Source: Scenedesmus sp. PABB004 (Eukaryota). Taken from it: 64,000 bases of DNA. Made by a program: the position numbers and the translations under genes. The stretch lies in contig JABVCE010000032.1 of assembly GCA_014905635.1 (NCBI GenBank), forward strand, positions 1 to 64,000, in the 5' to 3' direction. Positions 48,357-58,898 of the stretch are shown here, piece by piece; position 1 is the stretch's first letter, and every line of letters starts with the position of its first letter. The notes beneath the pieces are model-generated. The model was not told the DNA's origin. It saw only the letters and a list, made by a program, of their open reading frames with translations, and did not search any database.

Positions 48357-51300
48357 CCCTGCCGGGCCGAGCGCCCGCCCGCCCGGCAGCCCCGCCGCGC
48401 CACTCGCGCCCACACGGCCGCTGCCGGCCGGCCGCCCCGCCCCGCCCGCCGCGCCGCGCGCCCGCCCCGCGCGCGCGCGCGGCAGCCCTGGAGGAGGAGC
48501 TTGCGCGGCTGACCGAGAGCACCGCCGTGCTGGCGGCGACGTGCGAGGCGGAGGCGCAGGAGAGTGAGCGCACGCAGCGCCTGCAGGACGACCTGGACCG
48601 CCTTGACGCTGGTGGGTGTGGGGGTGTGAGGGTGTGAGGGTGTGTGTGTGGGGTGCGTGGGTGTGAGGGGGTGAGGGGGTGAGGGGGTGAGGGTGAGGGG
48701 GGGGGGGGGTGAGGGTGAGGGGGTGAGGGGGGGGGGGGGGGGGGGGCTGCGCTGCCCCGGCGGGGCGCGCCGCGCCGCGCGCGCCGCCCGCGCACCCCGC
48801 CCGACCCCCTGCCCCCCTGCCCCCCCCCCCGCGCCCCCGTGCGGCAGAGATTGAGGCGGCCGAGGAGGCGGGCGACGCGGCGCAGGCGGAGCAGCTGCGC
48901 AAGGCGCGGCGCAGCGAGCTCGTGCGCAAGCTGCGCCAGCTGCAGCGCCGCCACGCGCAGGGCGGCGGCAAGGCCGGCAAGGGCGGCGCCGCGTCGCGCA
49001 GCGGCAGCGGCAGCGGCAAGCTCAGCCGGGCTGAGGTGGTCGAACCCGACGTCGCGCGCATCATCAGCGCCTGGACCGGTGCGCGCGCGCGCCTGCGCGC
49101 GTGGCGTGCGCGCGCGCGCTGCGTGTGTGTGTGTGCGCTCGCCGCCGCGCAGCCCCACGCCCCGCCGCCGCCGCCGCGCCCCGCCCCGCGCGCGCCGGCC
49201 CCATCCACACCCGACCCCCCCCCCCTCTGCGCGCCGCCTGGCCGCCCCGCAGGCATCCCGCTGACCAAGCTGGTGGAGAGCGAGGCGGCGCGGCTGCTGA
49301 CCCTGGGCGACGAGCTGCATCGCCGCATCATCGGCCAGGATGAGGCGGTCGACGCGGTCGCGGAGGCCATCCAGCGCAGCAGGCGCGCGCGCACGGGGCC
49401 TGCGCGCGCGCGCGGGGCGCCCGGATGCCGCGTTGCAGCGGATGCACACGCCCCCCCCCTCTCCCCCTCTCTCCCCTCCCTCCTCCCCCCCCCCCTCCTC
49501 CCCTCCTCCCCCCCCTCCTCCCCCCTTCCCCTCCCCCCGCGCGTGAAGCCCGGGGCCCCCTGCCGCCCCTAAAACCGTGCCTGCCCCCCTCAACCCTCAC
49601 TCCCTAAACCCTGCTTACCCCCCTCACCCCTCGCCTCCTAAACCCCTCCCCCCAGGGCGGGCATGAAGGACCCCAACGGCCCCATCGCCAGCTTCCTCTT
49701 CCTGGGCCCCACCGGCGTGGGCAAGACGGAGCTCGCCAAGGCGCTGGCGTCAAACCTGTTCAACACGGAGGAGGCCATGGTGCGCGGAGGGTGTGGGTGT
49801 GGGTGTGTGTGGTGATGGTGGTGGTGGGGGTGTGGGGGGGGGGAGGGCTGGAGCCAGGCGGTTGTCTGGCTGGGCCTCTGCCGGGCGCCGCTCGAGCGCC
49901 GTCGACCCCTCCTCCTGTCCTCCTCCCCCCCCCCCCCAAACACACACACACAAAACACACACAAAACACCCCCCCCCCCCCCCCCCCCCCCTGCCCACCC
50001 ACACCCACACCCACACCCACACCCCCCCCCCCCCCCCCCAGGTGCGGCTGGACATGAGCGAGTACATGGAGAAGCACGCAGTGGCAAAGCTCATCGGCGC
50101 GCCGCCCGGCTACGTGGGCTACGACGAGGGCGGCCAGCTCACAGAGGCGGTGCGCCCTTTGGGGCCGGGGGGGGGGGTCGTGCGGGCGTGGGGCGGGGAG
50201 CGAAGGGGGGAGGGACGGGGGAGGGCTGGGGAGGCTGGCCGTGCGAAGGCGGGGGCGGAGGCGACGCCGCGCGGCGCCGACCCCCGTCCCCCCCCCTTCC
50301 GCCCCCCTCACCCCGCCGCCGCCCCGCGCGCGGCCAGGTGCGGCGCCGGCCGTACAGCGTGGTGCTGTTTGACGAGGTCGAGAAGGCCCACGTGGACGTG
50401 TTCAACCTGCTGCTGCAGCTCCTCGACGACGGCCGCGTCACAGACAGCCAGGCGCGCCGGCCGCGGCGCGCGCGCGCGGGCGCTGGCGTGTGTGCCTGTG
50501 TGTGCTTGTGTGTGCGTGCGTGTGGGGCGGCGCGACCCCCTCACCACACCCATGCCCACACCCACACCACCCGCCCCACCCCCCCCCCCCCCCCCCCAAA
50601 CCCCCCAGGGACGCGTGGTGAGCTTCAAGCACGCCATCGTCATCCTCACCAGCAACCTGGGCAGCGCGGAGATCTTCAACCACGCCTACCGCGCGCGCGA
50701 GCAGGGGCGCGACGCAGACGCAGAGGGTGACCGGCCACCGCCGCCGCCGCCGCGGCGGGCCCGCGTGCCTGACCTTGTCCCGCGCCCCGCCTCCCTCGCT
50801 CCCTCCCCTCCTCTCCCCCCCCCCTCCTCACACACCCACACGCGCACACACGCTAAACCTCCCCCCCCCCCCCGGCCCCCCCCCCCCCCCCCGCCCCCGC
50901 CCGCCAGACGTGCGCGAGCTGGTCATGGCCAAGGTGCGCGCCCACTTCCAGCCCGAGTTCCTCAACCGCCTCGACGAGTTCATACTCTTTGCGCCCCTCA
51001 GCAGCACGCAGATCGAGGCGATCGTCGGCCTGCGCGCGCGCGGCGTCGCGGCGCGCGTCGCGGAGAAGCGCATGACCCTGCGCCTCGCGGACAGCGCGAC
51101 GCGGTGCGTGGGGGTGTGTGGGGTGGGGGAGGGCTGCCCGCCGCGCCCCGCTGCCGTGCCTGCTGCACGCCTGCCGCTGTGCCTGCTGCGCGCCGCACCT
51201 CCCTCCCCCCCCCCTCCCCTTCTGCCTCTTCCCCCCCCCCCACACACACACACAACACTCACCCGCCCCCCCACCCCCCAGGCACCTCGCGGGCGTGGGG

Positions 51301-52210
51301 TACGACCCCGTGTACGGCGCGCGGCCCGTCAAGCGCGCGATCCAGCGCGAGCTCGAGACGCCCCTCGCGCAGGCGCTGCTGCGCGGCCAGTTCCAGGCGC
51401 GCGCCGCGCCGCGCACGCGAGCGCCCGACCGGCGGGCGCGCAGCGCGCGCCGCCACACGCGGCGCCGCGGCGGCTCGCTGGCTGCAACTCTCACGGCAAC
51501 CCTCCTCCCCTCTCCTCCCCCCCCCCCACACACACACACATACACCACAGGAGTTTGACACCATCGTGGTCGAGGCGCACCCCTCGGGCGAGGGCCTCGC
51601 CTTTGCCCGCATCCCCGCGCCGCCCGACCCGCTGGCAGAGTCGGACAGCGACGGCGAGGCCGCGGGCGGTCGCGCCGCGCAGCAGCAGCAGCAGCAGGGC
51701 GTGGCCATCCCCGTGGTCATCCCCGGCACGGCCAGGGGCGGCAGCGCCGGCGGCCGCAGCAGAGCGGCCGCCGACGCCCCCGCCGCGGGCCGGCCGCCGG
51801 CGGGCGCCGCGGCCAACGGCGTCAAGGGGGGCCACAGGTTTGACCCGCTGGCGCAGCGCAAGAAGCAGGGCGCCAGCGGCGGCCGCAGTGGCACGACAGG
51901 CAGCGGCAACAGCAGCGGCGGCGGCGGCAGCGGCAGCAGCAGCGGCGCGCGGGCCTCGTCCGAGGCGATCGGCGCGGACGCGCCGCCAGCGCTGGAGGGC
52001 GATGACGGCGCGCCGGCGGCCCCCACGCGCAGCGGCGGTGGCGGCGCGCCGCAGCGCGACGGCAGCAGCGGCAGCGTGGCGGCGCTGGTGGAGGGCATGG
52101 ACGCGGCGGTGGCTGAGCGGCTCGTGGACGGCGGCGGCCCGCTGCCCGCCTTCCTGCGGACGCCGGTGGTGCGCAACGACCAGGACAGCCTGCCGACGCA
52201 GTCGGTGTGA
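45321..52210 (+). CDS. clpB: ClpB/Hsp100 family AAA+ chaperone, divergent, many introns
   Basis: [54 protein letters not shown], coiled-coil middle region, [66 protein letters not shown] and [16 protein letters not shown]. The start codon is uncertain. Confidence 0.92.
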
Positions 52211-52443
52211 GGCGTGGCACGTGCGCCGTGGCTGTGCGCGACGTGACTGCGCGGCAGCCTCGCCTGGCGGCTGGCTTTGCCATGCAACTCCCTCGCACGC
52301 GCCGCCACAGCTCGGGGCCGATCGGCGCGCCAACCAGCACAACTCGCAATATGCCTGCTCGTAGCGAGCACCAACTCCACACAATGCCGAAGACCGGCGT
52401 CTGCGAGTGCCCGCTCGGCTGGCCGCAGCACGCGCAACACGGC

Positions 52444-53300
52444 ATGCAGCATCCGTTCGCCCAGCAGCACGCGCCAGTGCCGCCGCCGCGGCCGGGCCAG
52501 CTGGCGGCGGCGGCGGCGGAGGTGCTCGCGCTGCCGGCGGCGTTCTCGCTGGTGGAGCGCGCCAACCTGCCGGCGCTGCAGGTGGGGAGGAGCGGCCGCC
52601 GCAGCAGGCGCCGCCGCGGCCCAGCCCACGCCGCTGCCCGTGCTCACGCGCAGGCGGCGCTGGCCTTCCCTGAGCTCGCGGCGGAGGCGCGCGTGCTGCG
52701 GCGGCTGCAATACAAGGGCCGCAGCCAGCACCGCGCGGGCAGGCACCACCAGGCGGCCGCGCAGGTGCGCGCATGGCAGGGCCTCGATGGCGGCAGCAGC
52801 ACCGCCGCACTGCTTTTTTTGTGCCAATCGACCCTCCCCCGCCCGCCCGCCGGCTGCGCCAGGCGCTGCAGGCGCTGGACCTGCTCTGGTGGCGCTGCAG
52901 CTGCCGGCGCTGGTGCAGGGCCTGCACGCGGCGGCTGCGCACGTCGCAGCCCGAGGCCGCAGCGGGCAGCAGCGACGGCGCGTAGCCGCGGCGAGGCGCG
53001 AGCCGCCAGCCGGGGCCGCCGCAGCCAGAGCCGCCCAGCGAGCGGCAGGCGGCGCGGCTGCCCTGCTCCGCGGCGGGCGCGCGGGTCGCGCGCCGCGTGC
53101 TGTGCGGCGCGGCGCTCCTGTGCGACGCCCAGGCGGCGGCGCTGGCGGCGGGCGCCGCGGCGTCGGCGCTGCTGGCGGCGCTGCAGGCGTACGCCGCGCT
53201 CGTGGAGCTGCTGCCGCTGCTGCCACAGTCGAGGCCGGGCGGCTGCGCCGCCGACGACGCGCGGCGCCTGCCGGCGCTGCTCAACGCCGCTGGCGGGGGC
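52444..53300 (+). pseudogene. Possible NEPRO/Rmp1-like (RNase MRP-associated N-terminal domain) gene remnant
   Basis: ELAAEARVLRRLQYKGRSQHR resembles the E..L.RL.YK..NQHR motif. GT-AG introns flank it, there is an apparent frameshift near 52885, and it runs into the convergent GT61 3' end. Confidence 0.45.
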
Positions 53301-53378
53301 TGCTGCCGCGCCTGCAGGCCATCCCGTTTGCAGACGGCGCAGGTGGAGCGGAGGGCCCTGGCAAAGGTTTTCAAGTCA

Positions 53379-54741
53379 TCATTTCAAGCCCATCCGCATT
53401 GAGGCTGTCGCAATGCCCAGTCTCAACAAGCCAGGCAGCTTGTCTTTTTCTTCTACAACGCCGTAGTACGTTGTTATGTGTGCCGCGTACAGCAGAATCT
53501 GCAGCTCTTTCACCTCGCCGCGCCTGCCAAAGACGATGGAGGAGGCGCCGTCACGCGCGAACAGCGAGTTGTAAGCGATTGTGCCGTGCTCTGACACGAC
53601 GACCGTCGCGCTGCGCACGGTCTCGATGGTGGCTTTGATCGTGAGCTGTGACGGGTCGATGCACGTGACCGGGACTTCTGGTGGCCCCAGCGCCTCTGCA
53701 GCACGTTTCACGTCCTCACAAAGCTGTGGCCACTGCGGTGCGGTGAACGCAGGGACCTGCAGTCGGCAACGCGGGGGGGGGGGGGGGTCAGGCCGCCCCG
53801 CGGGAGGGCAGCGTGCTCTTGCACGTGCAGCGTCGCACCTTCACGTTCACGACGATTGCATGCCGCCGCAGCGGTGACTCCGCGAGCCCCAAGCGCCGCA
53901 CCACACCCGTGCTCAGGTCTCGCAGGGTAGTCGCGCGCTGCAGGTCGACGCTGCGCAGGCTGAAGGCACTCGACTGCCCGACGACGAGCCTGTCCACACA
54001 CACTGAGGCGTTGGCCCACCCCGGGTCTGATGCGACGTCGATGGACGGCCGACCCAGCAAGAGCGGGTCCCACACACGGTGATTCTCCGCGCACCGCTCG
54101 TGCCGCCGCCGGCCGGTCATAGGGTCCATGTTTTCTATTGACCAGAAACCGTTCCACGCGCGGCAGCCATCATACAAGAGCTGCACGTCTGCGGCGCCGA
54201 CGCCGAACAGCCTTGCGGCGGCGAGGACAGGCAGCAGGACGTCAATCAACAGGTGCCCAAAGTTGTCGCTGTAGGTGTTTGTGGCATAGAAGAAGGTGGC
54301 ATTGTCCAGAAACGTGTGGGCGGCAGGCCGCCGCGCGTGCTCGACCGTCGGGCGCCAGGGCTTGTTGCCGGCGGCCGGGTGATCCAGGTAGCCAAGGTAC
54401 ACAAAGGGTTGCATGCTGCTGATGCGCTGCCTCTCCGGCGTGCTGGGATCCTCAAAAAAGGTGACGCCAGAGCTCCCATTGAAGCACACATTGCGGAGCA
54501 CGCACACGCGGAGCTCGGGCGACGTCGCCGGGGGGAATTTGTAAAGGACCTTCTGCTGCGACCAGCCGTCAAAGCTCTGCTGGCCGCCTATGCAATGGAA
54601 TGCACTGTAGGGCGCGTGTCGCGAGCTTGGCGTGGCCGCCGGGAGGACCTGAGTGGTGGAGGCGTGCTGGGGGGTGCCGCCGCGCCATGATAAAAGGGCC
54701 AGCGCGGGGATCATGAGCACAAGAGCCACAATTGCGCGCAT
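53379..54741 (-). CDS. Glycosyltransferase family 61-like (DUF563) type II membrane protein; intron 53757-53838
   Basis: N-terminal signal anchor MRAIVALVLMIPALALLSW. Motifs VCVLRNVCF, NFGHLLIDVLLPV, VCVDRLVVG and LTIKATIETVRSATVVVSEHGTIAYNSLFARDGASSI. Confidence 0.75.
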
Positions 54742-54829
54742 CGCAGCTCGCAGCTGGGGTCGCTGCCCGGCGCTGACGCCAGTCGACCCAACGCAGCCTG
54801 TGTGCTGCTAGCCCGCACGCTGTGCCGGA

Positions 54830-55360
54830 GGGAGTTGAAGATGCTCAAACTCCAGGCCGGCGCGCAGCGATAGATAAAGATAAAGATAAAGATAGTTACA
54901 CCACAGCGAGCTGCCGACGCACCCGGTGTGCCCGAAGAGCGCAGAGTTGGGAGGCGGGAAGGTGTCCAGCATGGCGGCGGTGTCGGGTCGATCCGAGCAA
55001 GCCGAGCGACAGCTGGGCCCCCACCGAGCTTGAGCGGCGGCTGGACATAACACGCTGCTACAGCCCGCGACGGTCGCGGCGCGACCTCGAGCGCACAGGC
55101 CGAGCTGGCGCTTCAGCGTCCACTCACGCAGCTGCACTGAAACGCTGCAGCGCAGCGGTCGCCCGCGCCGTCAGCCGCGCGCCACGGTCCCTCGGCCACC
55201 ACGCGGCCCGCCGCGCGAGCCAGGGTCGCCGCCGCGTCACGCACCCGTGCCGCAGCGCCTGCTGTCCCTGCGCCCGCCCTGCACAGCTGGAGCAGCAGCT
55301 GCTCGGTCGGACGCGCAGCAGGAGCGCGGCGCATCGGCGGTCGTCGCGCCGCGAGCAGCG
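54830..55360. promoter_or_regulatory. Diverged duplicate of 58370-58850 (5' end of SDR/TIM gene plus divergent intergenic region), now between GT61 and FAD oxidoreductase
   Basis: Long matching tracts, e.g. gctgccgacgcacccggtgtgcccgaagagcgcagagttgggaggcgggaagg and ctggacataacacgctgctacagccc. The duplication is seen directly; a promoter role is inferred. Confidence 0.7.
54871..54903 (-). mobile_element. 33-bp retro-type insertion with (TATCTT)n tail, 6-bp TSD cagcga
   Basis: TSD at 54865-54870 and 54904-54909. The empty site is at ~58410 (gcagcgagctgccg). Same core as 35201-35244. Confidence 0.85.
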
Positions 55361-55372
55361 CCCCCCAGCAGC

Positions 55373-56660
55373 ATGCGCATTGCGGTGATTGGCGGCGGCT
55401 GGTACGGTGAGCCGAGGCAGCGGTGGCGTGCCCGCCAGCAGTTTGCGGGGGCTTGCGGCCCGCGCCAGACCACGCACCGGCCGTTCCCGCCGCCGCAGGC
55501 TGCCACTTGGCGGCGGAGCTCATCCGCCTTGGGGAGGACGTCACGGTCCTGGAGAAGGGGCCGTGTCTGTTCGGTGGTTCGTCAGGCTTAAACCAGTTCC
55601 GGCTCCACCTGGGCTTCCACTACCCGCGCTCGAGCACGACGCGGCACCAGATCGTGGCCGCGCACGACCGGTTCGTCAAAAAATACCCAAACCTCTTCTT
55701 TCCTGTGACGACAAACGTGTACTGCATCTCCGCTGGCGACAGCATGCTCGACTTTCAGACCTACAAGACCATCATGCAGGTGTGAGCAAGGCGGGCGCCG
55801 CTGAGTGGTGCAGCAACTCGCCCTCTGCTGATGTGCTCACTCACTGCGTGCGCACCCGCCGCTCGCTGCAGCACGACTGCGCGGGTGTGGCGTTCGAGGA
55901 GGTGGACCCCGGCGCCATCGGCCTGTCCAACGTCGAGGGCGCGCTCGTGTGCCGCGAGGGCGCGCTGCTCGCGGACGAGCCCAAGCGCTTCTTCACGAGC
56001 CTCCTCCACAGCCGCGTGCGGTTTGGCTGCGAGGTCCGCAGCGTGCGCACGCTGCCGAGCAACGGCACCGACGCCGCCGGCGTGGACGTCGACGGCGAAC
56101 AGTTTGACTGGGCCGTCGATTGCACGTACGGACAGCTCGCAAACCAGCGCTGCGGGCTGTACTACGAGGCCTGCCTGACGTTAGTTTACAGGAGGCGGCA
56201 GAAGAACACTCACCACCTGAACCACGCCTTCACAGTCATGGACGGCCCCTTCACCAGCCTCTTCCCGTTTTTCGCTGATTACGCCGACGCCGTCGGCGAC
56301 ATCGGCCGGCTCCACACGCTCACGCACGTCACGCACACGCACATGGCGCGGTTCAAAACGTTTGCCGAGGCCCGCGCGTTTGCGGCTGCCTTCACCGACG
56401 CCGACGCCGAGCGGGCGCGGCCGCAGTTTGAGGCCGGCATTACGCACTACCTGCCCTCGTTCCCCCAGGATTACGAGTACCACTCCTACTTTGTGAGCTT
56501 CAAGACCAAGACGGCGGGTGGCGCGGACGCGCGGGAGACGGTGTGCGAGACGAGCGGCCGCGTCATCTCGGTCATGAGCGGCAAGGTCAACACCATCTTC
56601 CTGGCGGAGGACTACGTGCTCAACGCGATGGGCCTGCGCCCCGCGCCCACCCAGGCATGA
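55373..56660 (+). CDS. FAD-dependent oxidoreductase (DAO-like superfamily); introns 55407-55498 and 55780-55871
   Basis: MRIAVIGGGWYG|CHLA...VTVLEK...GSSGLNQFRLHLGFHYPRS, FDWAVDCTY, FTVMDGPFTSLFP, TLTHVTHT and VMSGKVNTIF. No signal peptide. Confidence 0.85.
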
Positions 56661-56774
56661 CTGGCAAGCGGGGACGAGCCGCGCCGAGCTGTCGGGGCTC
56701 AGCCCGTGCCCCAGCAGTTGAGAGATGGAGCGCGGCGGCAAACAACCGCACCGTCAGCGGCAGGGGACTTACAC

Positions 56775-58478
56775 TCACACTGCATAGCTCGACGCAAAGA
56801 CTGCCAGGGAGGCCGCCAGCTCCGGCAGCGACGAGCACACCATCTCCACAGACAGCAGCTTGTCGTAGCCAGCAGCGTCCAGCGCGGCCGCAAACCGTGC
56901 GTGGTCGGAGCGAGCCGGGGCGTCGGGCTTGGGCGCCGACAGCGGCGCCAGGAAGGGCTCCGAGACGTGCACGTGGCCGAGGACGTCGACGCAGTCCGCG
57001 ACCGCGGCGCCCGCGTCCTCGCCGGCGAGCGCCATGCACGCCGCGTCCAGGTGCACCCTCAGGCCGGGGTGCGCCACTCGCCGCACCAGCGCGGCGGCGT
57101 GCCGCGAGGTGGTGACAAAGTTGCAGCCGTACTCTGCGGCGTTGGGCTCGAGGCACAGCACGCAGCCCCGCTCCTGCGCATACGCCGCCAGCCCCGCAAA
57201 CGTGCCCGCAAAAATGTCGTCCGCCTCGGCAGCGCTCATGCCCTCCGGCACGCGCCGGTTCTTGGGCGCCCCAAACACGATCGGCACAGGTGCTCCCGGC
57301 CGCACCGCCGGTCGTAGCGCGCCCACGAGGTCGACGATCAGCTGCACGTGCCGCACCAGGCTGGCGCGCGCCTCGGGGCTGCCGAAGAGCACAAGGTCGG
57401 GCTTGTTGTAGAGAATGGCTTGCACGGACGAGATCTGCAGCCGCGCAGCCGCCAGCCTGCCGACCAGCCCCGCCACGAGCGCCTCGAGCTGCTGCCCGCC
57501 CTGCGCGTGCGCGGCCTCGAGCTCCTCCCAGGAAAAGAAGCGGGTCGGCGCGAGCTCGACGAGGCGCACGCCGGCCAGCTGCAGCGCGCCCGCCGCGCCG
57601 CTGTCGTCGGCCTCCTTCCACGCGATGCACGACACCGTGGTGCGGCGCGCGAGCCTGTGACGGGCGAGGAAGGCCCGGAACGCGGCCTCCACCGACGCCG
57701 CGCTCTGGCTGTACGCGCCCGCGCTGCTGCTCCCCAGCGCCCGCGCGTGCTTGGTGCACAGGTCGTACGCCGCGGCCGGGCCCGCGTGTCCCACCGGCCC
57801 GTCCGGCAGGAGGCCCGCGTCCGCCACGAGGCCCACCAGGCGCGGCGTCGCGACGGGCTCGGGGAAGAGGTTCACCTCGCGCAGCCCCAGCGCCAGCACG
57901 CGCTGCAGGTTGCGTGCGAGCGCCGAGGTGTCGTACCACTGGAACGACGTGTTGGTGTTGATGGCGGCCACGTTGTTGGCGTGCAGCAAGTCAAACACGT
58001 AGTTCTTCTTCAGGTGCAGCCCGAACAGCGCCGGCAGGCGCACGACGATGGCCTTGTCGCCGTAGCGGTCGCGCACGAAGCGCTCAAACAGGGCGCGGTG
58101 CCGGCCGTACGCGTGCAGCGCGTCGCCGTCGGCCGCCGCGCCGCCGCCGGGCGCGCCGTCCTCGTCGCGCCGGTCGTCGGTCGGGTGGTAGACGTCGATG
58201 GTCGAGATCAGCACAAAGCGCTCGCACTCGACGGAGCGCAGCACGTCCTGCAGCGACTGCACCGTGGCGAGGTCGCGCGCGGGCTCCTTGTTGGCCAGCC
58301 ACTTGGCCGCCGGCAGCGCCGCAAACACGACCAGGTCGAACGCCCGGCCCCGCGCATCGTCCACGTTCTGGGAGTTGAAGGTGTGCTCAAACTCCAGGCC
58401 GGCGGCTCGCAGCGAGCTGCCGACGCACCCGGTGTGCCCGAAGAGCGCAGAGTTGGGAGGCGGGAAGGCGTCCAGCAT
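56775..58478 (-). CDS. Intronless two-domain fusion: NAD(P)-binding epimerase/dehydratase (extended SDR-like) + xylose-isomerase-like TIM barrel (sugar epimerase/isomerase), 567 aa
   Basis: N-half: ALFGHTGCVG, AAKWLAN, FVLISTIDVY, YGRHR, VRLPALFG..LKKN. C-half: VELAPT, VFGAPKNR, LCLEPNAAEYGCNF, VHLD, HVHVSEP, LSVEM (E/D/H/E metal ligands). TGTAA lies just after the stop. Confidence 0.88.
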   Translation of the reverse strand: MLDAFPPPNSALFGHTGCVGSSLRAAGLEFEHTFNSQNVDDARGRAFDLVVFAALPAAKWLANKEPARDLATVQSLQDVLRSVECERFVLISTIDVYHPTDDRRDEDGAPGGGAAADGDALHAYGRHRALFERFVRDRYGDKAIVVRLPALFGLHLKKNYVFDLLHANNVAAINTNTSFQWYDTSALARNLQRVLALGLREVNLFPEPVATPRLVGLVADAGLLPDGPVGHAGPAAAYDLCTKHARALGSSSAGAYSQSAASVEAAFRAFLARHRLARRTTVSCIAWKEADDSGAAGALQLAGVRLVELAPTRFFSWEELEAAHAQGGQQLEALVAGLVGRLAAARLQISSVQAILYNKPDLVLFGSPEARASLVRHVQLIVDLVGALRPAVRPGAPVPIVFGAPKNRRVPEGMSAAEADDIFAGTFAGLAAYAQERGCVLCLEPNAAEYGCNFVTTSRHAAALVRRVAHPGLRVHLDAACMALAGEDAGAAVADCVDVLGHVHVSEPFLAPLSAPKPDAPARSDHARFAAALDAAGYDKLLSVEMVCSSLPELAASLAVFASSYAV

Positions 58479-58898
58479 GGCGGCGGTGTCGGGTCGATCC
58501 GAGCAAGCCGAGCGACAGCTGGGCCGCCACCCTTGAGCGGCGGCGGCTGGACATAACACGCTGCTACAGCCCTGCGACGTGGACGCCGCAGCAGTCTCTG
58601 CAGCATGCACGGACGCAGCTGCACTGAACCGCTTGCAGCACAGCCGTCATCCACGCCGCTCAGCCGCGCCGGCCTCGGGCACCACGCGGGCGCCGCAGTG
58701 TCACACACCGTGCCGCAGCGCCTGCTGCCCCTGCTGCCGCCCTACCCCACAGCTGGAGCAGCTGTTGCTCGCTGCCGCGCATCAGGAGCATTGTTCCTGC
58801 AGGGCCGCAGAGCGGCGCGTGCGCGGCGTCCGCCGCGAGCGCCGCGCGGCCTGCAAGCCGCAGCGCGACGGGCTGATGTCGACGCGCAGCACGGGCTG

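Noticed and set aside
48614..49650. Telomere-like GGGTGAG and CCCTAAA motifs
   Set aside because: Degenerate, short and inside ClpB introns; no true telomeric array.
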